Shown in pieces: positions 27,578 through 36,450 of a stretch of DNA of 64,000 nt. The stretch is from contig NZ_CP022163.1 in the NCBI RefSeq assembly GCF_002305855.1, forward strand, positions 7,195,765 to 7,259,764, given 5' to 3'. The translations under genes and the position numbers were made by a program. How positions within the stretch are numbered: position 1 is the first letter of the stretch; each line of letters opens with the position of its first letter. Source of the stretch: Melittangium boletus DSM 14713. Its GTDB lineage: Bacteria > Myxococcota > Myxococcia > Myxococcales > Myxococcaceae. The notes beneath the pieces are model-generated. The model was not told the origin of the DNA and ran no database searches. It saw nothing but the letters and a program-made list of their open reading frames with translations.

Positions 27578-27947
27578 TCAGACGTTGAGGGACTGGAGCA
27601 GCAGCGAGAGCTGATCCCGGCTGGCGCCCTTGGGCAGGTAGTAGTGCGGCCCGGAGCGGAGCGCGCCGCCCACGTCCTGCACCGCCGCGGCCGTCAACAG
27701 CACCACGCGGGGCGGATCTCCTCGCGGCATCCGCTCCAGGACCTCGAGGCCGTTCATCCCGGGCATGTTCAGATCCAGGAGCATCACGCCGTAGCGCTGC
27801 CGCGCCAGCGAGTCGAGGGCCTCCTGACCATTGGCCGCTTCGATGGCTTCGTAACCGAGCTCTTCCAGGCACAAGCGAAGGAACTCCCGCCAATCTGCGT
27901 CGTCGTCGACGACCAGTACTTTGCGCGCGTCATCCGCGGAAGCCATT
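27578..27947 (-). CDS. Stand-alone CheY-like receiver (REC) domain protein
   Basis: VLVVDDD acidic pocket, phospho-acceptor Asp in MLLDLNMPGMNG, conserved T/S and Lys (LPKG). Start taken at the ATG at 27947. The track's 27955 start is TTG. Lies 31 nt upstream of the tandem MPP gene. Confidence 0.75.
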
Positions 27948-28052
27948 GATTCCAATCGTCCTCCCCGTACCAGTGGGAAAACTCATCGAGCATGGCCGAA
28001 CATTCTCCGGCGCCTGCTCGACTGGCCGGTTTCCAGGGGAGTGAGCGGGCCG

Positions 28053-28886
28053 CTAGAGCAGGGCGGCGGACAACTGCGAGGCCAGGTACTGCAGCGCGGG
28101 CATGACGTTGGGCGCCGAGCGCTGGCGCGTGGGCGGCAGGTGGGCCTGGCGCCAGACGGGCTCGCCCGTGAGGCGGCCGGCGGCGTGCGAGAAGACGCGG
28201 AATCGGCCCAGCTCGACGGAGCTGCCCGAGTTGTAGATGCGCAGTGAGCGTCCCCGGGGGTGGCCCAGGTCGAACTCGCGCGGCACGTGCCGGTGCCCGT
28301 GCAGGATGAGATCGCACCGGCCCTGGATGCGCTGGACCAGCTCGGCGCCCAGGGCGAGCTCCGAGGCGTGGGGCCAGCCCATTCGCGTCGCCAGCCGCTC
28401 GGGGAAGCTCTCCTCGGGGAGGGGCAGCACGTGGTGGTGCAGGAGGATCGCGGTGAGCGCGCCCAGGGGCGCGGCGCTCAGGGCGCTGTCCACGGCGTCC
28501 AGGACGGCGGGGGTCAGCACGCCGTGGCAGGCGAAGTAGTTGCGGTTGTGGGGACCCGTGGAGTCCACGCACACCAGGTACAGGCCCTCGTGGTGCTCCA
28601 CCCGGACCTTCTGGCCGTTCATCCACCGGCCGCCCGCGTCCTCGCCCGTGCGATCGTGGTTGCCGGGGACGAAGGTGAGCCGTCCGGTGTCGAGCAGCGG
28701 CGCGAAGATTTCCCGGAAGCGCCGGTACTCGCGCTGGCTGCCTTGGTGGGTCAGGTCGCCCGTCACCACCACGTGGTCCACGCGGCCGGAGAGCAGGCTC
28801 TCGACGAGCGCGCGGGCGGTGGTGTCACTGCCGGGGGTCAGGTCCAGGTGCAGGTCCGACAGGTGCGCCAGGGTTCTCAGGTGCAT
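28053..28886 (-). CDS. Metallophosphoesterase (CpdA/PlcP-like), about 278 aa
   Basis: Complete motif set LAHLSDLHLD, VTGDLTHQG, VPGNHD, LLHHHVLP, LHGHRHVP. Start placed at the internal ATG (MHLRTLAHLSDLHL) at 28886 rather than the track's 29177, which would overlap the upstream glycosyltransferase gene. Confidence 0.7.
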   Translation of the reverse strand: MHLRTLAHLSDLHLDLTPGSDTTARALVESLLSGRVDHVVVTGDLTHQGSQREYRRFREIFAPLLDTGRLTFVPGNHDRTGEDAGGRWMNGQKVRVEHHEGLYLVCVDSTGPHNRNYFACHGVLTPAVLDAVDSALSAAPLGALTAILLHHHVLPLPEESFPERLATRMGWPHASELALGAELVQRIQGRCDLILHGHRHVPREFDLGHPRGRSLRIYNSGSSVELGRFRVFSHAAGRLTGEPVWRQAHLPPTRQRSAPNVMPALQYLASQLSAALL

Positions 28887-28972
28887 GGTGCTCGAGTACC
28901 CCGGGGCTGAAACACCCCCGTGGCCCTCGGGTGAAGCTTCCGGGAGGAGCCGGTGACTTCGCGGTGAAGCGC

Positions 28973-30271
28973 TCAGCCCGCGAGCAGTTCCGCCGCGCGC
29001 TGGGGCTCGGGGAGCGCCGGGGACAGGGGCCGCTCCGGAGAGGGCGTCACGAGCCGCGAGCCCGCCATCACGCGCAGCGAATGGCCGCGCCAGTTCACCG
29101 AGCGGACCACCAGCCCGTGGGCCCAGGCCACGAAGAGCAGCGCGTCCTTGAGCAGCACCGCGGGCAGCGTCATCCACGGCGTCTTCTGCCCGGGCCGCAT
29201 GATGCGGAAGACGATCACATCATGGAGTCCCTTCACCACGGCCACCCCGCCCGCCATCGCGAGGGTCGGCGTCGAGGGCGACAGGGCCGCGCTCAGCAGG
29301 GCCCACGGCAGCGGGTTGAGGATGGACTGCGCCAGGTACAGCGGCGTGGGGATGCAGGAGTGGTGGATGATGCTCCAGCGCACGTAGCGCTGGAAGAAGG
29401 TCCGGACGCTCTTCTTCTGGGACACGTTGTAGACGGGCGAGCGGGCCACCACGGCCCGCTGGCCGCTGTAGCGCCTCATCCACTGGCCGATGACGAAGTC
29501 CTCCGCGAGCACGTTGCGGACCGAGTAGAAGCCGTCCAGCGCTTCCACCGCCTCGCGGCGCAGCGCCATGGACTTGCCCACCACGATGTCCTGGCCCGCG
29601 GCCCGCTTGGCGGCGATCTGTCCCGCGGCCGCCGTGGAGCACAGGTACAGGTTGTCCATCAGCGAGCCGAGCGACTGCTCGCCCACGCCGCTCACCGGGT
29701 GGGACACACAGCCCACGGAGGGATCCTCGAAGGCGCGGGAGATCTCCTCCAGGTAGCCGGGCCCCACGCGGGTGTTGGAGTCGCTGATGAGCAGGAGGTC
29801 GTAGCGCGCCGCGGCCGCCAGGGTGATGAGCTGGTTCACCTTGGGGTTGAGGCCGGGCTCGCCGTGCTGCATCTCCAGCTTCATCACATCGGGCCAGCGC
29901 GCCACGGCCGCCAGGGCCACGGGGTAGGCGGGATCGCGCGTGTCCTTCACCCCGAGGATCACCTCATAGGCGGGATGGCCGAGCGTGGCGAAGCACTCGA
30001 GGTTGGCCTCCAGGTCATCGTCCACGCCGCACAGGGGCTTGAGGATGGAGATGCCCGACAGCCGCTCCGTGGGCCCGGTGCCGGTGACGGGCTCCGAGGT
30101 GTCCCAGCGGTGGCGCAACACGCAGAAGAGCTGGACGCAGAGGGCGAGGGTTCCGAGGGCGGCCGCCGAGAGGAGGGCGAGGCTGAGCGCGTGAGCGGTG
30201 AACACGGATGTTCTCCTGGACTGACGGGCGCGGGGAGCGCGCGTCCTGTCCAGGGACGCTACGGACCACAT
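28973..30271 (-). CDS. Family-2 glycosyltransferase (ceramide glucosyltransferase / Pgt-Agt-HpnI-like), membrane
   Basis: N-terminal transmembrane helix. ISILKPLCGVDDDLEANLE and LISDSNTRV (DxD-type GT-A motifs). Hydrophobic C-terminal half. ATG at 30271, 65 nt after phoU. Confidence 0.75.
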   Translation of the reverse strand: MWSVASLDRTRAPRARQSRRTSVFTAHALSLALLSAAALGTLALCVQLFCVLRHRWDTSEPVTGTGPTERLSGISILKPLCGVDDDLEANLECFATLGHPAYEVILGVKDTRDPAYPVALAAVARWPDVMKLEMQHGEPGLNPKVNQLITLAAAARYDLLLISDSNTRVGPGYLEEISRAFEDPSVGCVSHPVSGVGEQSLGSLMDNLYLCSTAAAGQIAAKRAAGQDIVVGKSMALRREAVEALDGFYSVRNVLAEDFVIGQWMRRYSGQRAVVARSPVYNVSQKKSVRTFFQRYVRWSIIHHSCIPTPLYLAQSILNPLPWALLSAALSPSTPTLAMAGGVAVVKGLHDVIVFRIMRPGQKTPWMTLPAVLLKDALLFVAWAHGLVVRSVNWRGHSLRVMAGSRLVTPSPERPLSPALPEPQRAAELLAG

Positions 30272-30336
30272 ATGAAGACTTCATGAAGCCGCCGTGACGT
30301 CGCGGGGACACCTTCGTCCCTCGGGTGTCAGGCCGT

Positions 30337-31038
30337 TCAGCGACGGGACGAGCCGGGCGGGAGATTGCGGCTGCGCGGGTGGCGGATGTCCGTGCCGCGC
30401 ACCATGTAGATGACCATCTCCGCCACGTTGGTGGCGTGATCTCCGATGCGCTCCAGATGCTTGGCGATGAACATCAACGCCGTGGCGCGGCGGATGTTCT
30501 TCGAGTCCTCCATCATGTAGCCGAGCAGCTCGTTGAAGATCTTCAGGTAGAGGGCATCCAGGTGATCATCTTCCTTGAGCACTTCCTCGGCCTTGGCCGT
30601 GTCCGAGGAGACGAAGGAGTCCAGGGCCTTCTTCACCTGGTGCTGGGCCAGCTCCGCGAGCCGGGGCGTGTCCACATAGGCCTTGAGGGGTGGGGTCTGA
30701 TTGAGATCCTTGGCCCGCTCGGCGATGTTCACCGCCAGGTCGCCGATGCGCTCCAGGTCGGTCACGATCTTCAGGGCGGTGGTGATGAGGCGCAGATCGC
30801 TCGCGGCCGGCTGGCGCAGCGCGAGGATGCGGCGGCACGCCTCGTCGATCTCCACCTCCAGGAGGTTGACCTCCTTGTCTCCCTGGGCGACCTCCTCGGC
30901 GAGCGGCGTGTCCCGCTCCATGAGCGCGCGCATGCTGTCGGCGATGAGCGCTTCCACCTTGGCGCCCATGGCCAGCAGCTTCTCGCGCAAGTCCCTGAGA
31001 TCCGCCTCGAACGCCTTGTCCGTATGCACTGACGGCAT
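30337..31038 (-). CDS. phoU: Phosphate transport system regulator PhoU
   Basis: Two PhoU repeats (…DLERIGDLAVNIAERA… and …HLERIGDHATNVAEMV…), 233 aa, directly downstream of pstB. Confidence 0.9.
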   Translation of the reverse strand: MPSVHTDKAFEADLRDLREKLLAMGAKVEALIADSMRALMERDTPLAEEVAQGDKEVNLLEVEIDEACRRILALRQPAASDLRLITTALKIVTDLERIGDLAVNIAERAKDLNQTPPLKAYVDTPRLAELAQHQVKKALDSFVSSDTAKAEEVLKEDDHLDALYLKIFNELLGYMMEDSKNIRRATALMFIAKHLERIGDHATNVAEMVIYMVRGTDIRHPRSRNLPPGSSRR

Positions 31039-31057
31039 GTGCCGCTCTCCCCCCGGG

Positions 31058-31834
31058 TCAGCCGAACTTCCCGGTGACGTAGTCTTCGGTGCGCTTCTCG
31101 CGCGGATTGGTGAAGATGTTCTCGGTTGGCCCGCACTCCACCAGCTCCCCCATGTAGAAGAAAGCGGTGCGCTCGCTCACCCGCGCGGCCTGCTGCATGT
31201 TGTGGGTGACGATGGCGATGGTGTAGCGGGCCTTGAGCTCGTAGATGAGCTCCTCGATCTTCGCCGTGGCGATGGGATCCAGGGCGCTCGCGGGCTCGTC
31301 CATGAGGAGCACCTCGGGTTCGATCGCCAGGGCGCGCGCGATGCACAGGCGCTGCTGCTGGCCGCCGGACAGGCCCAGGGCACTGTCGTCGAGACGGTCC
31401 TTCACCTCGTCCCAGAGCGCCGCGCCTTGAAGCGACTTCTCCACCCGGGCGGCGAGCGCCGCCTTGTCCTTCATCCCCCCCACGCGCAGACCGTAGGCCA
31501 CGTTCTCGAAGATGCTCTTGGGGAAGGGGTTGGACTTCTGGAAGACCATGCCCACGCGGCGGCGCAGGTCCACCACGTCCACGTTCCGGTCGTGGATGCT
31601 CGTGCCGTCCAGGAGCACGGTGCCCTCGTGGCTGGCGCCGGAGATGAGATCGTTCATCCGGTTGAGCGAGCGCAGGAAGGTGGACTTGCCGCAGCCCGAG
31701 GGGCCGATGAGCGCCGTCACCTGGTGCTCGGGCAGGGTGAGGCTCACCGACTTCACGGCCACCTTGGCGCCATAGCGCAGGGTGAGCGCGCGGGATTCCA
31801 TCTTGATGCGCGCGGTGGGGGAGGACTGGGGCAT
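31058..31834 (-). CDS. pstB: Phosphate ABC transporter ATP-binding protein PstB
   Basis: Walker [10 protein letters not shown], signature LSGGQQQRL, Walker [12 protein letters not shown]. Start at the internal ATG at 31834 (MPQSSP...), 11 nt after the pstA stop. The longer track ORF 31058..32323 overlaps pstA and is rejected. Confidence 0.85.
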   Translation of the reverse strand: MPQSSPTARIKMESRALTLRYGAKVAVKSVSLTLPEHQVTALIGPSGCGKSTFLRSLNRMNDLISGASHEGTVLLDGTSIHDRNVDVVDLRRRVGMVFQKSNPFPKSIFENVAYGLRVGGMKDKAALAARVEKSLQGAALWDEVKDRLDDSALGLSGGQQQRLCIARALAIEPEVLLMDEPASALDPIATAKIEELIYELKARYTIAIVTHNMQQAARVSERTAFFYMGELVECGPTENIFTNPREKRTEDYVTGKFG

Positions 31835-31845
31835 GGCGGAGACGC

Positions 31846-32757
31846 TCAGTGGGCCGCGGCGGCGCGCCGGCGGGTGCGGGCGCGGATGAGCACCGCGACG
31901 AGGTTGAGGGCGAAGGTGAGCGCGAGCAGCACCAGCACGGTGGCGTACAGCAGCGGCCGGGTGGCCTCCACGTCCGGCGACTGGGTGGCGAGCACGTACG
32001 AGTGATAGCCCAGGTGCATGAACTGGGAGTTGAGCGCGTGGGGCAGGTCCGGCAGGAAGTAGGCCGCGCCGGTGAAGAGGATGGGCGCCACCTCGCCCGC
32101 GCCGCGAGACACGGCGAGCACCGCGCCCGTGAGGATGCCCGGCAGCGCGCCCGGCAGCACCACCCGCATGAGCGTCTGGCTCTGCGTGGCCCCGAGGGCG
32201 AGGCTCGCCGTGCGGTGCTCCAGGGGCACCGCGCGCAGCGCTTCCTCCGTGGACACGATGACCACCGGCAGGGTGAGCACCGCCAGCGTGAGCGAGGCCC
32301 AGAGGATGCCTGGCTGGGCCCAATGCAGCTCCTGGTAGCCGAGCAGCCGATCGAGGCTGCCTCCCACGAAGTGGATGAAGAAGCCCACGCCGAACAGGCC
32401 GAAGACGATGGAGGGCACGCCCGCCAGGTTGACGACGGCCACGCGCACCGCCCGGGCCAGGAGCGAGCCCGGCGGCGCGTACTCGTGCAGGTACACCGCC
32501 GTGAGCACGCCCACCGGCATCACCGCGAGCGTCATCAGCAGGGTGAGCGCCGCCGTGCCGTAGAGCGCCGGGAAGATGCCTCCGCCCATCATGCCGTCCG
32601 AGGGCGGCTCGGTGAGGAAGCGCCAGGACACCGTGCCGATGCCCCCGCGCACCACGTCCAGGAAGATGACGGCCAGCAGCGCCACGATGAGGAGCGCGGC
32701 GAGGCCCGTGAGGGACGTGAGCGCTCCGCCCACGCCTCGGCGCCAGGAGAGCTTCAT
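31846..32757 (-). CDS. pstA: Phosphate ABC transporter permease PstA
   Basis: Multi-TM permease with the ABC permease EAA-like loop. Start at the internal ATG at 32757 (MKLSWRR...), forming an ATGA overlap with the pstC stop. Confidence 0.85.
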   Translation of the reverse strand: MKLSWRRGVGGALTSLTGLAALLIVALLAVIFLDVVRGGIGTVSWRFLTEPPSDGMMGGGIFPALYGTAALTLLMTLAVMPVGVLTAVYLHEYAPPGSLLARAVRVAVVNLAGVPSIVFGLFGVGFFIHFVGGSLDRLLGYQELHWAQPGILWASLTLAVLTLPVVIVSTEEALRAVPLEHRTASLALGATQSQTLMRVVLPGALPGILTGAVLAVSRGAGEVAPILFTGAAYFLPDLPHALNSQFMHLGYHSYVLATQSPDVEATRPLLYATVLVLLALTFALNLVAVLIRARTRRRAAAAH

Positions 32758-33770
32758 GCGCCCGCTCCCGACAAACGCTTGAGGACCCGGCGGGTCCAGG
32801 TGTTCGCCAGCATGTTGAGGAGGAAGGTGAAGACGAAGAGCTCCACCCCGATGAAGAAGAGCAGCGAATAGTGGGGGCTGCCCACCACCACCTCGCCCAT
32901 CTCCGCGGCGATGGTGGCCGACAGCGTGCGCACCGAGTCCGACAGGGAGGCCGAGACGATGGCCGCGTTGCCCGAGGCCATCAGGACGATCATCGTCTCG
33001 CCGATGGCCCGGCCGAAGCCCAGCACGCACGCGGCGAGGATGCCCGGGGCGGCCGCGGGCAGCACCACCTTCCAGGCCGTCTCCCAGGGCGTCGCGCCGA
33101 GCGCCAGCGACGCCTCGCGGTAGCTGCGCGGCACCGCCGTGAGCGCGTCCTCCGCCACGGTGAAGATGACGGGGACGATCGCGAGCGACAGGCCCAGCCC
33201 CGCCACCAGCGCGTTGAGCCGCGAGCCCAGCCCGAACGTGTCCTGCATGAAGCTGGCGAACACCATCAGCGCCACGAAGCCCAGCACCACCGAGGGAATG
33301 CCCGCGAGCATCTCGATGGTGGGCTTGAGCAGCTCGCGCAGCCGCCGGGACGCGAACTCGGCCACGAACAGCGCGGCCGCCACGCCCACCGGCACCGCCA
33401 CCAGCATGGACACGAGCGTCGTCTTCAGCGTGCCGATGAAGAGCGGAATCATGCTCACCTTGGGCACCGACGACACCGGCTGCCAGACGAAGGCCGGGGG
33501 CTTGCCCGCGCGCACCACCTGCGGCAGGAACATCTTCGACGGGCTCGCCTCGTGGCGGGCCTCGGCGTCGAGGAAGAGCCCCAGCGCCTCCTTGGCCACG
33601 AAGACGAGGATGAGCACCAGCGCCGCGATGCCCGTGAAGGCCATGGCCGTGATGATGCCGGCGATGACCTTCTCGCGCAGTTGTCTGCGCCGGGCCGCGG
33701 AGGAGAGCCGCGGCGCCACCGCCGCCGTTCCCACGAGTCCCTGACCCTGCATGCTGACCTGTCTATCCAT
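32754..33770 (-). CDS. pstC: Phosphate ABC transporter permease PstC
   Basis: Multi-TM permease. Position between pstS and pstA. Confidence 0.85.
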   Translation of the reverse strand: MDRQVSMQGQGLVGTAAVAPRLSSAARRRQLREKVIAGIITAMAFTGIAALVLILVFVAKEALGLFLDAEARHEASPSKMFLPQVVRAGKPPAFVWQPVSSVPKVSMIPLFIGTLKTTLVSMLVAVPVGVAAALFVAEFASRRLRELLKPTIEMLAGIPSVVLGFVALMVFASFMQDTFGLGSRLNALVAGLGLSLAIVPVIFTVAEDALTAVPRSYREASLALGATPWETAWKVVLPAAAPGILAACVLGFGRAIGETMIVLMASGNAAIVSASLSDSVRTLSATIAAEMGEVVVGSPHYSLLFFIGVELFVFTFLLNMLANTWTRRVLKRLSGAGA

Positions 33771-33815
33771 CTTTGCCTCGGGGCCCGTGTGACAATCGCG
33801 TGACGCCTGGGCGGA

Positions 33816-34637
33816 CTACTTCACCGGGAAGTAGCCCACCTGGGTGGCGAGCGCCTGGCCCTCGGGCGAGAGGATGAAGTCGATGAAGGCCTTGGCGTCC
33901 CCGGTGGGCTGGGTGCGCAGGTAGAAGTACAGCTCGCGCGAGAGGGGGTACTTGCCGCTCTGGATGTTCTCCGCGCTCGGGGAGATGGCCTCCTTGCCCT
34001 GGAGGACCTTGAGCTCCTTGACGCCCTTGGCGTAGGCGGCGCCGCCGTAGCCGATGCCGTTCTTCTCCTTGGCCACCGCGTTCACCACCGCGGCGGTGCC
34101 CGGCAGCGTCTGGGCGCTGGCGGTATAGTCCTCGCCCTTGAGCAGGTGATCCTTCACGAACACGTAGGTACCCGAGGAGTTCTCGCGCGAGTAGACGACC
34201 AGGGGCGCGTCCGCGCCGCCCACGTCCTTCCAGCTCGTCACGTCGCCCAGGTAGATGTCGCGCAGCTGCTCCGCGGTGAGCGCGTCGAGCTTGTTGGACT
34301 CGTGGACGTAGAAGGTGACGCCGTCCTTGGCCACGGCGATCTGCGTGGCGGGGGACTTGGAGCGGGCGCGCAGCTTCTCGTTCTCGGCGTCCTTGATGGG
34401 CCGGCTGGACATGGCGATGTCGGTGGTGCCGTTGACGAGCGCCGCCAGGCCCACGCCCGAGCCTCCGCCCGTCACCTGGAGCTTGATGGAGGGGTTCTTC
34501 TTCATGAACGCCTCGGCCCAGCGCTGGCCGAGGATGACGAGGGTGTCCGAGCCCTTCACGGTGACCGTGCCCGCGCGAGCGGCGCCCGGCAGGAGGAGCA
34601 GCAGCACCGCGGTGAGCGAGGCGATGAACGTCTTCAT
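33816..34637 (-). CDS. pstS: Phosphate-binding periplasmic protein PstS
   Basis: Signal peptide MKTFIASLTAVLLLLLPGAARA, then TVKGSDTL....GGGSGVG typical of PstS. Start ATG at 34637. The longer track ORF is rejected. Confidence 0.85.
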   Translation of the reverse strand: MKTFIASLTAVLLLLLPGAARAGTVTVKGSDTLVILGQRWAEAFMKKNPSIKLQVTGGGSGVGLAALVNGTTDIAMSSRPIKDAENEKLRARSKSPATQIAVAKDGVTFYVHESNKLDALTAEQLRDIYLGDVTSWKDVGGADAPLVVYSRENSSGTYVFVKDHLLKGEDYTASAQTLPGTAAVVNAVAKEKNGIGYGGAAYAKGVKELKVLQGKEAISPSAENIQSGKYPLSRELYFYLRTQPTGDAKAFIDFILSPEGQALATQVGYFPVK

Positions 34638-34706
34638 GGAAGGTGTCCTGGGGAAGGAGAGACGGTGTGGCTCTACGGGACTCACATGGCCATTCGAGGG
34701 CCACGG

Positions 34707-34724
34707 TGTGACAAATGCGTCACG
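34707..34724 (-). promoter_or_regulatory. Candidate Pho-box-like element upstream of pstS
   Basis: On the gene strand: cGTGACGcatttGTCACa, containing a TGTCAC half-site. 70-87 nt upstream of the pstS ATG. Confidence 0.2.
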
Positions 34725-34728
34725 GGGC

Positions 34729-35418
34729 TCAGGCCTCTCCTGGCTCGACGAGGCGGTAGCCGACCCCTCGTACCGTCTCCAGATAGGCCCGGGCGGAGCC
34801 GAGCTTGTCGCGCAGGCGCATGATGTGCGTGTCGATGGTGCGCGTCTCCAGGTGGCTGGACAGCCCCCACACCTCCTCGAGCAACAGCTCTCGCGACTGC
34901 ACCCGGCCCATGCGCGATAACAGGTGCTCGAGGAGCTTGAACTCGAGCGCGGTGAGCACCACCTCCTTGCCGTCCACGAAGAAGCGGTGGGAGGAGGTGT
35001 CGAGCAGCAGGGGGCCGAGCCGGAGCGCGACGGACTCCTCCCGGCTCGAGCCTCCCCGGCGCAGGATGGCCTTGAGCCGCAGGACGAGCTCCCGGACGCT
35101 GAAGGGCTTGGTGACGTAGTCGTCGGCCCCCACCTCGAAGCCCCGCACCCGGTCCGTCTCCTCGCCCTTGGCGGTGAGCATGACGACGAGCACATCCCGC
35201 GTGGGCGGGGTGGTGCGCAGTTGGCGGCACACGTCCACGCCGGACATGTCCGGCAACATCACGTCCAGGAGGACGACATCCGTGGGCTGCTCGCGGGCGG
35301 CCGACAGCGCGGCCTCTCCCGTGGACGCGACCCGGGTGGAGAAGCCGGCGGCGCGCAGATTGAAGTCGATGAGCTCGGCGAGGTCCTGCTCATCATCGAC
35401 GATGAGGATGTGGGGCAT
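34729..35418 (-). CDS. OmpR/PhoB-family response regulator (orphan, Pho-associated)
   Basis: REC domain (ILIVDDEQD, LLDVMLPDMSG) plus winged-helix output (VRGVGYRL). Start at the ATG at 35418 (MPHILIV...). Confidence 0.85.
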   Translation of the reverse strand: MPHILIVDDEQDLAELIDFNLRAAGFSTRVASTGEAALSAAREQPTDVVLLDVMLPDMSGVDVCRQLRTTPPTRDVLVVMLTAKGEETDRVRGFEVGADDYVTKPFSVRELVLRLKAILRRGGSSREESVALRLGPLLLDTSSHRFFVDGKEVVLTALEFKLLEHLLSRMGRVQSRELLLEEVWGLSSHLETRTIDTHIMRLRDKLGSARAYLETVRGVGYRLVEPGEA

Positions 35419-35465
35419 GACGGTGGCCCACTCTGGGCCGCACCGTTCGCGGTGCCGTGGCACCC

Positions 35466-35485
35466 GTGCGACAAGTTCGTGACAT
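35466..35485 (-). promoter_or_regulatory. Candidate Pho box (direct repeat TGTCAC-N5-TGTCGC, 11-bp periodicity)
   Basis: On the gene strand: aTGTCACgaactTGTCGCac, 48-67 nt upstream of the response-regulator ATG. Resembles the E. coli PhoB consensus CTGTCAT-N4-CTGTCAT. Confidence 0.35.
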
Positions 35486-35493
35486 CGACCCGG

Positions 35494-36438
35494 CTAGCCG
35501 TCGAGATCCTGTGCCACGGCCAGGGGAAGCGGCTCCTCGTCGATGGGCAGGGGCGCTCCCTCCTCGGAGTCGGCCGAGCGCAGGGCCGCGGGGTCCACCG
35601 CGGGCAATTCGATCGGCGTGGGCCGGTGGGGGAGGTTGGAGCCGGGGGGCGGGCGCAGCACCGGACCGGGCGGCGGCAGCCCCGAGTGGCGGCGCGCGGC
35701 CTCCATCAACGCCTTGTGGTGGCGGTAGCGCGCCTCCACGAGCTTGTGGATGAGGAGCGGACCCCCGGGCACGCGGCGCGCGGTGAGCGCCTGGGTGGCC
35801 TTGCGCACCGGATAGCGCACCCGGCGGATCTGCACGCGCCAGCCCCGGGGCGTGAAGGTGAAGACGCCGTAGGCGGGGCGCAGGTCTCCGTCCCGGGGGA
35901 TGCCGGCGCTGGCCACGTCGGCGATCAGCAGCCGGCCCACGCGGCGGCGGTAGGGGAAGTGCAGGTGGCCGAACGCCACCGCGGCCGCGTCCAGGTTCTG
36001 GAAGTAGCGGCGCACGGTGTTCTCGTCCAGCGTGGGGTCCAGCGAGTCCTCGAGGTTGCGCGGGTTGGCGTGGCAGACGAAGAGGTCCTGCCCGCGGCGA
36101 GGCGAGTAGCGCGTGGAGAAGGGCATGGAGCCCAGGCGCTTGAGCCACGCCTCCCCGAGTTGATCCCGGGACCACTGCAACAGCTCCGTCTTCCAGTGGT
36201 CGCGCTCGCGGTAGGCGCCCCCCAGGTAGTTACCGGCGAGGTAGCAGTCGGTGTTGCCCATGATGAGGGCGTGACAGCGATCGAAGAGCAGCTCCACCGT
36301 TTCGCGCGGGTGCGCGCCGCGCAGGGCGAGATCGCCGGCGGCCACGATGTAGTCGGGCGCGACACGGGCGATGTCCTCGAGGACCGCCTCGCAGGCAGGG
36401 AGGTTGCCGTGTATGTCGGCGAGGATTGCGACCCGCAT
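35494..36438 (-). CDS. Metallophosphoesterase (YfcE/ApaH-like), 314 aa
   Basis: VAILADIHGN, AAGDLALRG, IMGNTD, AFGHLHFP. Lies between phoR and the orphan response regulator. Confidence 0.8.
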   Translation of the reverse strand: MRVAILADIHGNLPACEAVLEDIARVAPDYIVAAGDLALRGAHPRETVELLFDRCHALIMGNTDCYLAGNYLGGAYRERDHWKTELLQWSRDQLGEAWLKRLGSMPFSTRYSPRRGQDLFVCHANPRNLEDSLDPTLDENTVRRYFQNLDAAAVAFGHLHFPYRRRVGRLLIADVASAGIPRDGDLRPAYGVFTFTPRGWRVQIRRVRYPVRKATQALTARRVPGGPLLIHKLVEARYRHHKALMEAARRHSGLPPPGPVLRPPPGSNLPHRPTPIELPAVDPAALRSADSEEGAPLPIDEEPLPLAVAQDLDG

Positions 36439-36450
36439 GGATGCCGCATC

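Noticed and set aside
31058-35195. Long upstream in-frame extensions of pstB (to 32323), pstA (to 33030) and pstS (to 35195) given by the ORF track
   Set aside because: The extensions overlap the preceding genes and are Arg/Pro-rich. Internal ATGs give proteins of canonical length with proper signal peptide and Walker motifs.
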